IMG/VR virus record: IMGVR_UViG_2513237087_000004
Location: 1-64,000 of that record
Length of the DNA: 64,000 nt
From: a virus
Lineage: Duplodnaviria; Caudoviricetes
Direction: 5' to 3' (one strand)
Below the pieces are notes generated by a model. It saw only the letters and a list, made by a program, of their open reading frames with translations. It was not told where the DNA came from and searched no databases. The position numbers and the translations under genes were made by a program. This document shows, one piece after another, positions 28,980-36,740 of the stretch (its first letter is position 1; each line of letters starts with the position of its first letter).

Positions 28980-29977
28980 GCGATCTCGCGACCTTCACGG
29001 GCGACGTGCTGACGGTCTCCGCCGGCACCTTCTCCCTCTCCCTCACCGTCAAGCAGATTGAGACGGCGTGGGACGCCCTGTCTCAGATCCCGGAGCGACG
29101 CGCACGGCATGAGTTGGGCGCGCTCGCTGAGAGGCTGAACGGGTTCGGCGCCTATGTCGCGGCGCTGGTGGCTTCCGGCGGCGCGCTGGACGCCCCGGCG
29201 GAACTGGAGCGGTTCGCGTCTTGGCATGTCCACCTGACGCGCCGCGCCTGGAATATGGATGCGCGGTGCATGTCGTGGTTCGTGGTCGGGCCCTCCCGCT
29301 TCCCGGTGGACCGGAACGCCAAGCGCCTGCGTTGGGCCGATGCCGCGTATCGGGCAGCCCGCGACCATGCCGCCGCCGCCCGTAAGGCAGTCGAACGCGT
29401 AGCGTTCCCGCACGGTGTCCCCGGCGGGGCGAGCCGCGCCGCGAACCCCGACGCGCCCGAACTGATCCGCGCCAAGATCGAGAAGCACCGCGCCTTACAC
29501 GCCGCCATGAAGGCGGCGAACGCGGCCATTCGGTCGGCGAAGGGCGATGACGTTGAAGCCATGGTGCAAGCCGTGGTCGACGTGACGGGCTGGCGCGAGG
29601 CGACGGCGCGCGCCAGCGTCGTGCCTGCGCAGTCGTGGATGGGGCGCGGCTTTCCCGCCTACGCCTTGTCTGGCGAGCTCGCCGAAATCAAGCGGCTCGA
29701 GGACCGCTTGCGCGCCATTGAGGCCAATCGGGAGCGCGGCACGGTGTCGATGAGGCACAACACCAGCGCCGGCGCGCTGGAGGTGGTCGAGAATCCCGAC
29801 GCCGCCCGCATTCAGCTCATCTTCCCCGGTAAGCCGGACGACGCCACGCGGGCGGTACTGAAGCGTCAAGGGTTCCGCTGGGCGCCTTCCGAAGGTGCCT
29901 GGCAACGACACCTGAATAATGCCGGCCGGCACGCCGCGAAATGCGTCGTCTCCGCGCTTCAACTCACGGAGGCCTAA
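28976..29977 (+). CDS. Conserved mobile-element protein (plasmid leading-region/polyvalent-protein type)
   Basis: SWFVVGPSRFP...GFPAYALS...IKRLEDRL...ENPDAARIQLIFPGKPD...LKRQGFRWAPSEGAWQR, recalled from conjugative-element proteins. Confidence 0.7.
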   Translation: MSDLATFTGDVLTVSAGTFSLSLTVKQIETAWDALSQIPERRARHELGALAERLNGFGAYVAALVASGGALDAPAELERFASWHVHLTRRAWNMDARCMSWFVVGPSRFPVDRNAKRLRWADAAYRAARDHAAAARKAVERVAFPHGVPGGASRAANPDAPELIRAKIEKHRALHAAMKAANAAIRSAKGDDVEAMVQAVVDVTGWREATARASVVPAQSWMGRGFPAYALSGELAEIKRLEDRLRAIEANRERGTVSMRHNTSAGALEVVENPDAARIQLIFPGKPDDATRAVLKRQGFRWAPSEGAWQRHLNNAGRHAAKCVVSALQLTEA

Positions 29978-29981
29978 AGCC

Positions 29982-30284
29982 ATGAGCGCTCCCGCAACCC
30001 TCTCCCCTGATGCCTCCGCCGTCCTGCGCTGGTGCGAGGCAGACGCTCACCCCTGCTCATTCTCGCCGCTGCTGGCGATCGATTGGGATTGGCACGCCGT
30101 CTCCGCCGCCCTGGGCCTCGGTGACTGGCACCACAACAGCCACTGGCCGCGCATCCATGCCGCCCTGGACGAGCTGCATGCCGCCGGCCGGCTGGCCTAC
30201 CACGACCACGGGCCGAACACTTACGGCCACACCACCACGATGCTGGTGCCCGCGCCGGCGCGCCAGCGGGCACCCGCCCGATAG
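29982..30284 (+). CDS. Hypothetical protein
   Basis: ATG 29982; 100 aa. Confidence 0.55.
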   Translation: MSAPATLSPDASAVLRWCEADAHPCSFSPLLAIDWDWHAVSAALGLGDWHHNSHWPRIHAALDELHAAGRLAYHDHGPNTYGHTTTMLVPAPARQRAPAR

Positions 30285-30342
30285 TCCCCTTCCCCTCAAC
30301 CGATCAGGGCGCTTCAGCCCGCCTCACCATAGGAGCACGATC

Positions 30343-31200
30343 ATGCACCACACCGGCCTTGACGCCTTCACTGCCCGCCCCGCGCGCACCGCTTTGGAGC
30401 GCCGCACCGTCGCCCTGGCAGCCTATGACGCGGCGAAGCTGGATCCCGTCGCCGACTGGCGCACCGTCGCCGATATGCTCGCTGCTGCGCTCCCCGCGCC
30501 GCGCGCCAAGGGGGCTCCGGCGGCACCGGAGGCGGAACCGGCACCGGAATTCACCGCGTGGGAGGATCACGCCATTCCGCGCAACTTCCGAAGCGACCTG
30601 CCTTCGCCCGTGGTCGTCTTCACCTTCGCAGACGGGACCGAGGTGCGGGCGCCTGCCGTCACCGCCAAGCGCAAGCCGCTCAATATCGGTCGTGCGGCGC
30701 GCGTGGCGTGCGAGTTCTATCGCAACCGCGTCCTGTGCCGCTCCGGTCTCCTGAAGGCGTATCCCGAAGGAATCCGGGCGGTGGTGGTGGTGCCCGCCAT
30801 CATATCCATTGAGGCGCCCGGTGCTCTCTATGACATCGGCGACGCCAACGAGCGGACGAAGGAGCTTCGCGGCGGCACGTTTGACGTCGCGGCCGAGGTG
30901 GCCCGGCTCGCCGACTTGCCCGAGAAGAAGCGCGCGGAGATCCTCCGCTTGCGCTTCATCGCGGCGTGCCTGCGCCGCCTCATGCTCGACCCGGGCGCGA
31001 ACACCAAGGAACTGGCCATTCAGGCCCGCATCGCGGAAGCGGCGGCGGATGGCGCCGACTTCGCTGAACTGCGTGCGCTCGAAACGGAGATGCGGCGCCC
31101 GCCGCGCCCGCCGGTGACCGCGATCATGCGAACCTACCTCGGCTCAACGTCCAGGGTCGCGCTCTGCGTCGTGGCCGGTGCCGGCGAGGTGGCGGCATGA
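30343..31200 (+). CDS. Hypothetical protein
   Basis: AGGAG SD; 285 aa; ATGA overlap with the next gene. Confidence 0.65.
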   Translation: MHHTGLDAFTARPARTALERRTVALAAYDAAKLDPVADWRTVADMLAAALPAPRAKGAPAAPEAEPAPEFTAWEDHAIPRNFRSDLPSPVVVFTFADGTEVRAPAVTAKRKPLNIGRAARVACEFYRNRVLCRSGLLKAYPEGIRAVVVVPAIISIEAPGALYDIGDANERTKELRGGTFDVAAEVARLADLPEKKRAEILRLRFIAACLRRLMLDPGANTKELAIQARIAEAAADGADFAELRALETEMRRPPRPPVTAIMRTYLGSTSRVALCVVAGAGEVAA

Positions 31201-31769
31201 GCCCGCGCGCCAGATTCACCCCTGCCGGCGCCGTCAAGGTCTCCGACAAACTGTCCGATGCCGTGGCGTTCGTCTACGAGCGGCGGGGCAGGCCCATCGC
31301 TTGCGTCTACGTGGGCAACCAGTCCAAGCCGGTGAGCGCCTACAGCTACCGAAGCGCGCTGGACCGCGAGCGTTCCATCCGCGCGGCGTTCGAGGCCCGG
31401 CGCGCCGCGATGGCCGTGAAGCGCCAGCGGCAGGAAGAACGAAAGGCCTACCGGCCGGCGTGCAAGCCGGGGGACGTCCTCGGAACCTGCTGGGGATACG
31501 AGCAGACCAACCGCGAATTTTTCGAGGTGATCGAGGTCAAGGGGAAATTCGTCATCCTGCGCGAGCTGGCGCAGGAACGGATTGACACGGGATGGAGCCA
31601 GGGCAAGGCCGTGCCCCTCCCTGGCTCCTATGTCGGGGAGCCGATCCGCCGCCTTGCGCAACCGCACGGCATCCGTATCGACTCCTGCCGCCTCGCGACG
31701 CCCGCCGCCGTCGAGGACGTGGCCGGCGTCAAGGTGGTGAAGCCCGTCGGCTGGAGTTCCTACGCATGA
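31197..31769 (+). CDS. Conserved hypothetical protein (GD...WGYEQTN.EFFEV motif)
   Basis: Motif recalled from plasmid and phage early-region proteins; coupled on both sides. Confidence 0.7.
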   Translation: MSPRARFTPAGAVKVSDKLSDAVAFVYERRGRPIACVYVGNQSKPVSAYSYRSALDRERSIRAAFEARRAAMAVKRQRQEERKAYRPACKPGDVLGTCWGYEQTNREFFEVIEVKGKFVILRELAQERIDTGWSQGKAVPLPGSYVGEPIRRLAQPHGIRIDSCRLATPAAVEDVAGVKVVKPVGWSSYA

Positions 31770-32257
31770 CGCGCTCCGCTTCCAACGTTCGCAGGCTCCG
31801 GCCTCCCGAGGTGCCGCCCAAGCCGGCGCGGCGCGTCTCCCTCGCTCGGATCAATCGCCAGCGCGTGGCGGCTGCCGGTGCGGCGGCCGTGGCCGTGGTG
31901 CTGACGGGGTTGTCCCTGTCCCACCTCTCCCACGGCATCCACCTGGTGACGCAGGCGCCGCCGGCCGAATCATGGGCCATGGCCACTGGCGTCGACCTGG
32001 GCTTCATCGCCTCGGAACTGGCCATGCTTTGCGCTTCGACCGAAGCCGTCCGGCGCAGCGTGGCGCGCTTTGCTCAGCCGGCCATTGCTGGGACGCTGGG
32101 CATGTCCGCTGCGCTCAATGCCCTGGCATTCGCCCTGCCGATGGACGGATGGCAGCTCTATGCCGCCGCCGCCCTCGGCGTCGCCATTCCGGCCCTGGTC
32201 TATGCGCTCGCCCGCGTAGCCTTCGCGCTGGCCACCCAGGGACCGCGCGAGGCTTAA
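31766..32257 (+). CDS. Multi-pass membrane protein (DUF2637/SpdA-like)
   Basis: Four hydrophobic helices; SWAMATGVDLGFIA motif. Confidence 0.55.
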   Translation: MTRSASNVRRLRPPEVPPKPARRVSLARINRQRVAAAGAAAVAVVLTGLSLSHLSHGIHLVTQAPPAESWAMATGVDLGFIASELAMLCASTEAVRRSVARFAQPAIAGTLGMSAALNALAFALPMDGWQLYAAAALGVAIPALVYALARVAFALATQGPREA

Positions 32258-32629
32258 CCCCCGCTCGGGCCTGTGTCCGGCCAACCCTTCTCCCCCCTCT
32301 CGGGCCTGTGCCCGAGGGACCAGAGACGCCAGTTCATGCCGCACCAGGTGCGCGGCGTGGTCGGGCGCCTATGCCCGGCACACCAGAGGATGCACGATGG
32401 ACCGATCCGCCTTCGCCCTTGAGCTCGCCGAGACGCATCAGCGCGTCGAAGGAATCTATGCCTCCCTCAGGGAGTTAGCCCCGCACATTGAGGCCATGCG
32501 GAGCGGCACGCAGCGCCGGCGGAGCGGCGCATTGGGCTTGGCGCGCGCTGTGCTATCGTTCTGGCACTGAGGGGCCCGCCGTTGGAGACGACAGCCCCGC
32601 CATGCGAACGAGCGGACGGGCGCCACGCT

Positions 32630-32887
32630 ATGACCGGGGACGAGATCAAGGAAGCGCGCCAGCGCCTGGGCCTGTCCACCGCGCAACTCGGGATCGCCCT
32701 GGGCCTGGGCGGAAAGACGGCGAACATCTCCAAGATGATTCGGCGCATCGAAAGCGGAGACGGCTTCCTTACGCCAGCCCAGTCACGCCTGCTGGTCATG
32801 TTCATCCGCTTTGGGGTGCCGGCCGACATGCTCGACGAGGATCCGAATGCGGCCGGGCGGGCGCACCATGTCGCGCCGGCCGACTGA
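32630..32887 (+). CDS. XRE-family HTH regulator
   Basis: MTGDEIKEARQRLGLSTAQLGIALG...IRRIESG. Confidence 0.8.
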   Translation: MTGDEIKEARQRLGLSTAQLGIALGLGGKTANISKMIRRIESGDGFLTPAQSRLLVMFIRFGVPADMLDEDPNAAGRAHHVAPAD

Positions 32888-33009
32888 TCCACCCCGCTCG
32901 GATCTGTGCCCCCTGCTCGGATCAATTTCTGCGGCGGCCACGTCCGAATATTGAGGTTTCAACGGAACCGACCCGATGGAACAACACGCCGAACTTGTGT
33001 CCCCGCCAA

Positions 33010-33038
33010 TTGACGATACGCGTGGATTGTAACATTTT
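33010..33038 (+). promoter_or_regulatory. Putative sigma70 promoter
   Basis: TTGACG-N17-CATTTT upstream of the AGGAG SD and ATG 33098. Confidence 0.4.
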
Positions 33039-33097
33039 CCTCCATGTCAGCAGCCGCTGGCGCCGCGCCTCGGGCAACGGGGGCAGGAGACAGGCCC

Positions 33098-33532
33098 ATG
33101 GCCAAGTACGACATCACCTTTTCTTGCGGCCACACCGAGACCCGCCAGTTGGTGGGCAAGGAAACCCAGCGCCACTCATACATCGCCTGGGCCGAGCGTG
33201 CCGGCCGCTGCTCCGCCTGCGCCAAGCTGGACAAGATGGCCGCGATCGAGGCTGTCGAGGTCGAGCACGACCTGCCCGCCCTGACCGGCTCCGACAAGCA
33301 AGTCGCTTGGGCGCGCACAATCCGGGCCGAGATCATGGGTGAGGTGATGGAGTATCTCACCACGTTGCGTGTTAAAGCCGAGGCGCAGGACAAGGTGGCG
33401 GAGTATGAGGAGCGCGCCGCCGTGCTCCTCCAGGTCATCGGGGCCAATACGGCCGCCCGCTACTGGATCGACAACAAGGGCCGCCCCGCACGCGAGTTGC
33501 TCCTGTCCGCCCACAAGGTGACGGCGCAATGA
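33098..33532 (+). CDS. Conserved hypothetical protein with putative Zn site
   Basis: SCGH...CSAC...LPALTGSDKQVAWA...YWIDN motif recalled from mobile elements. Confidence 0.7.
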   Translation: MAKYDITFSCGHTETRQLVGKETQRHSYIAWAERAGRCSACAKLDKMAAIEAVEVEHDLPALTGSDKQVAWARTIRAEIMGEVMEYLTTLRVKAEAQDKVAEYEERAAVLLQVIGANTAARYWIDNKGRPARELLLSAHKVTAQ

Positions 33533-33927
33533 CCGTCCTCGTCGCCGTCGCCGGCCAACCGACGACCTGGCGGCCGACGCCGCCGGGGGCGGAAGCCGAA
33601 GCAATAGCCGCCATCGAGGCACTTTCCCGGCGCGTCCTCGCCCTCCGCCCGTTTGGATTTTTGGACCCTCCAGTCGCGCGAGCGAGCATGTGGCAAGACG
33701 TACTAACCGTCGTCGTCGACGCCCCCGGTGCCGGTTTGCTGCGGAGCTATATCGTGTCCGACTGGCGTTGGGGTGTCCTGTGGGAGGCCGATGACTGGCA
33801 TGAGGTCGGCTGGCACCCTTACGACTTGGGGTGTCTCAGCCTCGTCGGAGAGTGGCGGCGTTGCCTGTGGGATTGCCTCAATCCCGGCAAGCGCCCCAGT
33901 CGCAAGCTAAGGCGGATGCCCGCGTGA
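33529..33927 (+). CDS. Hypothetical protein
   Basis: Overlap-coupled on both sides. Confidence 0.55.
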   Translation: MTVLVAVAGQPTTWRPTPPGAEAEAIAAIEALSRRVLALRPFGFLDPPVARASMWQDVLTVVVDAPGAGLLRSYIVSDWRWGVLWEADDWHEVGWHPYDLGCLSLVGEWRRCLWDCLNPGKRPSRKLRRMPA

Positions 33928-34379
33928 CCTATATCTCGCACATCACGCTCAACACTGGGCACCGCCGGCGCTCTGAGGCGGGAGAGGTCGAGCCAGCCGT
34001 TCGCTCCACGCTGCGCCTGGTGATTGCCGAGGCCTTGGCGCAGCATAGCGCGCGCATCCCCCTGGTGCCCGGGCCGCCCGACATCTCCATCAGCGGCGAC
34101 GCATACGGCCCCCACCTCCTGCTCACTGTTTGGGATGACCGCAGTGGCCTGCCGATCCTCACCTTCGCGGTCGCCCTGCGCTCGCGCGGCGCGGAGCGAC
34201 TTTGGGATGAGGTGTACCGCATGGGCCGTGAGCTTGCGGTGGACATCGCGGACATGCCCGCTGCGCCCTGGTGCGCCGCGGTGCTGCACCCGATGATCGT
34301 GCTGCGGCCGGACGCGCTGTCGTGGACCGGCGACATGGAGTGGTGCGTGGCCTGGACCTGGACGGAGATGAGGGACTAG
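33924..34379 (+). CDS. Hypothetical protein
   Basis: GTG start overlapping the upstream stop; 151 aa. Confidence 0.6.
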   Translation: MTYISHITLNTGHRRRSEAGEVEPAVRSTLRLVIAEALAQHSARIPLVPGPPDISISGDAYGPHLLLTVWDDRSGLPILTFAVALRSRGAERLWDEVYRMGRELAVDIADMPAAPWCAAVLHPMIVLRPDALSWTGDMEWCVAWTWTEMRD

Positions 34380-34381
34380 CG

Positions 34382-34702
34382 ATGGCCGGCAAACCAACAA
34401 TCGATCCCAAAGTGCACGCCAAGATCCGCCGCCTGGCCAGCCAGGGGCACGGCCGCAAGGACATTGCGGCGACGCTCGGCGTCAGCCTGTACACGGTGCG
34501 CAAGGCGCTCGATCCCGATTTTGTCGAGCGGGAGCGCGAGCGGCAAAGGGCGATCGGGCCGGAGCGCTACGCCCGCCGGAAAGACGACCCCGCCTATCAG
34601 GCCTACCAAGCAGACTATGCCAGCGCGCCGGAGCGCCTCGCGCAGGTCCGGGCGTCCATGGCGCTTTTGCGCAAGAACCGGCGCACACCCACCGAAGACT
34701 GA
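34382..34702 (+). CDS. HTH DNA-binding protein
   Basis: IRRLASQGHGRKDIAATLGVSLYTVRKAL. Confidence 0.75.
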   Translation: MAGKPTIDPKVHAKIRRLASQGHGRKDIAATLGVSLYTVRKALDPDFVERERERQRAIGPERYARRKDDPAYQAYQADYASAPERLAQVRASMALLRKNRRTPTED

Positions 34703-34763
34703 GACATATCCCAGGTGCCCAATCCCCTCCTCGGACCTGTGCCCGTCATACCCCCGCTCGAGC

Positions 34764-34979
34764 CTATGTCCGCCCCGCTGCTTCGCGCAGCACCGACAGG
34801 CTTATACCGTCGGTCAGAACCAACACCTCCACGGCCAGGCCTCGCTTGCGCAGGAACACCTTGAGCTCCCGCTGCAGCCTCTCTTCGGCGGCCGCGTCGA
34901 TCCTATCTCGGACGCCAAGCACCAGCGTATCGCCATCTCGGATGTCCAGCACTTCGACCTTGTCGATCACGCCGGTCAT
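34764..34979 (-). CDS. Hypothetical protein
   Basis: 71 aa, coupled to the upstream ORF. Confidence 0.55.
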   Translation of the reverse strand: MTGVIDKVEVLDIRDGDTLVLGVRDRIDAAAEERLQRELKVFLRKRGLAVEVLVLTDGISLSVLREAAGRT

Positions 34980-35224
34980 CGCGGCGGGGCGCCGACGGTG
35001 AGCATGATCGGAGGATGAGTGGTTCCGATGATCGATGAGAGCACCGGGGCGCCGGCGACGATGCGGGCGATCTCATCCGGTGTGGGAAACCATGCGGTGA
35101 TCATGGCCGGGGTGCCCTCTCCGCCGACGCTACAGTTGATGATCTCGTCGCGGATGGGCAGGCCCTGGTATCCCTGGCTCTCGCCGGCGATCCGCGTCGC
35201 GCCATCCACGTGCCCGATCTGCAT
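34976..35224 (-). CDS. Conserved phage hypothetical protein
   Basis: TGATG overlap with HNH; SQGYQGLPIRD...W.PTPDE motif. Confidence 0.65.
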   Translation of the reverse strand: MQIGHVDGATRIAGESQGYQGLPIRDEIINCSVGGEGTPAMITAWFPTPDEIARIVAGAPVLSSIIGTTHPPIMLTVGAPPR

Positions 35225-35541
35225 CAACGTGTCCTCTTCGAACGCTCGGCGGCGGTTTTCATCGAGTGGTGAGCCCCGCAGAGACACTGTCCGTTGGCGA
35301 CATCGAACTCGGCGCCGCCGTCCCGCCGCTCGACGATGTGGTCCGCGAACATCCGGTGCTTTGGCTGGGCCCTGTCACATCCCGGCCACTGGCAGCCGCC
35401 GCCTGCCCGGCGGATCACCTCTGCGGCCCAAGTCTTGTGGGCCTGGGTGCCATAGTGGGGATCGGTGAGCTTCGGCGGGGGTGCGGAGATCCGAACCGAT
35501 GCGCTACCGAGCCGGGGCGGAAGGCACTTCACGCGCGTCAT
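35224..35541 (-). CDS. HNH endonuclease (packaging-associated)
   Basis: CQWPGC...ADHIVERRDGG...NGQCLCGAHHSMKT. Confidence 0.9.
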   Translation of the reverse strand: MTRVKCLPPRLGSASVRISAPPPKLTDPHYGTQAHKTWAAEVIRRAGGGCQWPGCDRAQPKHRMFADHIVERRDGGAEFDVANGQCLCGAHHSMKTAAERSKRTR

Positions 35542-35602
35542 GCCGATCCCCCGATGGCGGTGGGGTAGAGCTCGCTTCTGCGGGCGGTCACTCGGGTCCA
35601 CC

Positions 35603-35770
35603 TCAAGCTGCGAGACGCGCCCCGGACCTGTGCCGCTTCACCGCGGCCTTGACGACCGCCGGATCAATCAGCCCCAGCAGATCGGCCATGTACGCCGAGA
35701 CGAACATGCCAGGGGCATATTCCAGCATGACCGAGCCATCGGACGAGCGGACGTAGGACGTCTCAAGCAT
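35603..35770 (-). CDS. Small hypothetical protein (55 aa)
   Basis: Read by eye: MLETSYVRSSDGSVMLEYAPG... Confidence 0.45.
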   Translation of the reverse strand: MLETSYVRSSDGSVMLEYAPGMFVSAYMADLLGLIDPAVVKAAVKRHRSGARLAA

Positions 35771-35819
35771 GGAGGAGCTTCTTCCTGCGTGTGGGTGATC
35801 GCGGAGCGGCGCCTGGGCG

Positions 35820-36013
35820 TCAGGACTCCGGCTGTTCCAGCTTGGCGCGCACCAGGCAGTCCTTGGCCTCCAGCAGCTTGCGCAGGCCAGCCGACTTCTC
35901 AGCGCCGTCGGGTAACTCCGCGTCCATCTTCTCGGCCAGTTTGCCGATCGGGCGGCTCACCTCCAGGAGGTGGGGAGACAGATGCGCGAAGGGACCACCA
36001 TCCGCGCCGGCAT
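35820..36013 (-). pseudogene. Frameshifted small helical-hairpin protein, Acb2/Tad1-like pattern
   Basis: The ATG 36013 frame closes after 18 aa, while the adjacent frame reads FAHLSPHLLEVSRPIGKLAEKMDAELPDGAEKSAGLRKLLEAKDCLVRAKL. Confidence 0.55.
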
Positions 36014-36025
36014 GGCGCGTGATCC

Positions 36026-36169
36026 TCAGTCTGTCGTGGGAATGCCGAGCTTCTTCTCCAGCGCTTCCACGCGGGCGTTGAGGCGGTTGATGTTCCCTAT
36101 CAGGGACAAGACGAAGAGCAGGACGTTCGCCAGTATGAGCCCGTCAACCCACACGCTGCCAGTGGTCAT
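36026..36169 (-). CDS. Small membrane protein (47 aa)
   Basis: Read by eye: MTTGSVWVDGLILANVLLFVLSLIGNINRLNARVEALEKKLG. Confidence 0.55.
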   Translation of the reverse strand: MTTGSVWVDGLILANVLLFVLSLIGNINRLNARVEALEKKLGIPTTD

Positions 36170-36260
36170 AGCTCATGTCCCTGGTTGCCGAGGCGGGCCA
36201 GATCCACCCTATCAGGCAGTACCCGCCCGCACTTCTCCGCCTGGGGGAGAGCCCGTCAGG

Positions 36261-36554
36261 TCACCGCCGATCATCGAGCGCGGCACCGATCATTTCTTCC
36301 CAGATGCTCCCCGGTGCGATCTCCAAGTGCGCACAGACTTCTCTGGCCCTCTGCTCGGCAGCACCTATCATCGCCTCCGTTGGCTCACACATCGCGATGA
36401 TGGCGGCGCGAGCATAGGCGAGGTACATGCCGCGAATTTTCTCGTCTTCGTCGGAGAGCGTCATCGGCCGCCAGTCACCGCCTTTCGGCTTCGTCTGGTT
36501 TTCTTCGGCGGCGTAGATCGCTTCAGCAACGCGCTCGATCATCGTGGTCATCAC
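36261..36554 (-). CDS. Phage hypothetical protein
   Basis: MIERVAEAI...ARAAIIAMCEPTEAMI...WEEMIGAAL motif. Confidence 0.7.
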   Translation of the reverse strand: MMTTMIERVAEAIYAAEENQTKPKGGDWRPMTLSDEDEKIRGMYLAYARAAIIAMCEPTEAMIGAAEQRAREVCAHLEIAPGSIWEEMIGAALDDRR

Positions 36555-36740
36555 TCGGCCTCAGCGCCTGCCTGCTTGGCGTCCACGCTCGAAACTGCCT
36601 CGCCATTTACGGCCACTTTTTGATCATTCAGCCGGAGGCAAATCGGGGCCTGAAATGGATAGCGCCCGAGCCGTCTCCGGCCGGGCGCTCTTCTCGAATC
36701 GTCCATATTTATGCCGACCATCGGATTCTGCGTCAAGCAC

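Larger units (their letters stand above)
32264..34771 (+). repeat. Dispersed 15-bp direct repeat CTCGRRYCTRTGYCC (copies at 32264, 32299, 32897, 34730, 34757)
   Basis: Read directly; all copies are intergenic, same orientation, just after stop codons. Confidence 0.75.

Noticed and set aside
32979-32994. Second SOS box GAAC-N8-GAAC
   Set aside because: Spacer is 8 nt rather than the required 7
32264-34771. CRISPR array or true integron
   Set aside because: Repeats are only 15 bp, irregularly spaced and separated by whole genes; no cas gene or integron integrase, and no attC RYYYAAC/GTTRRRY ends
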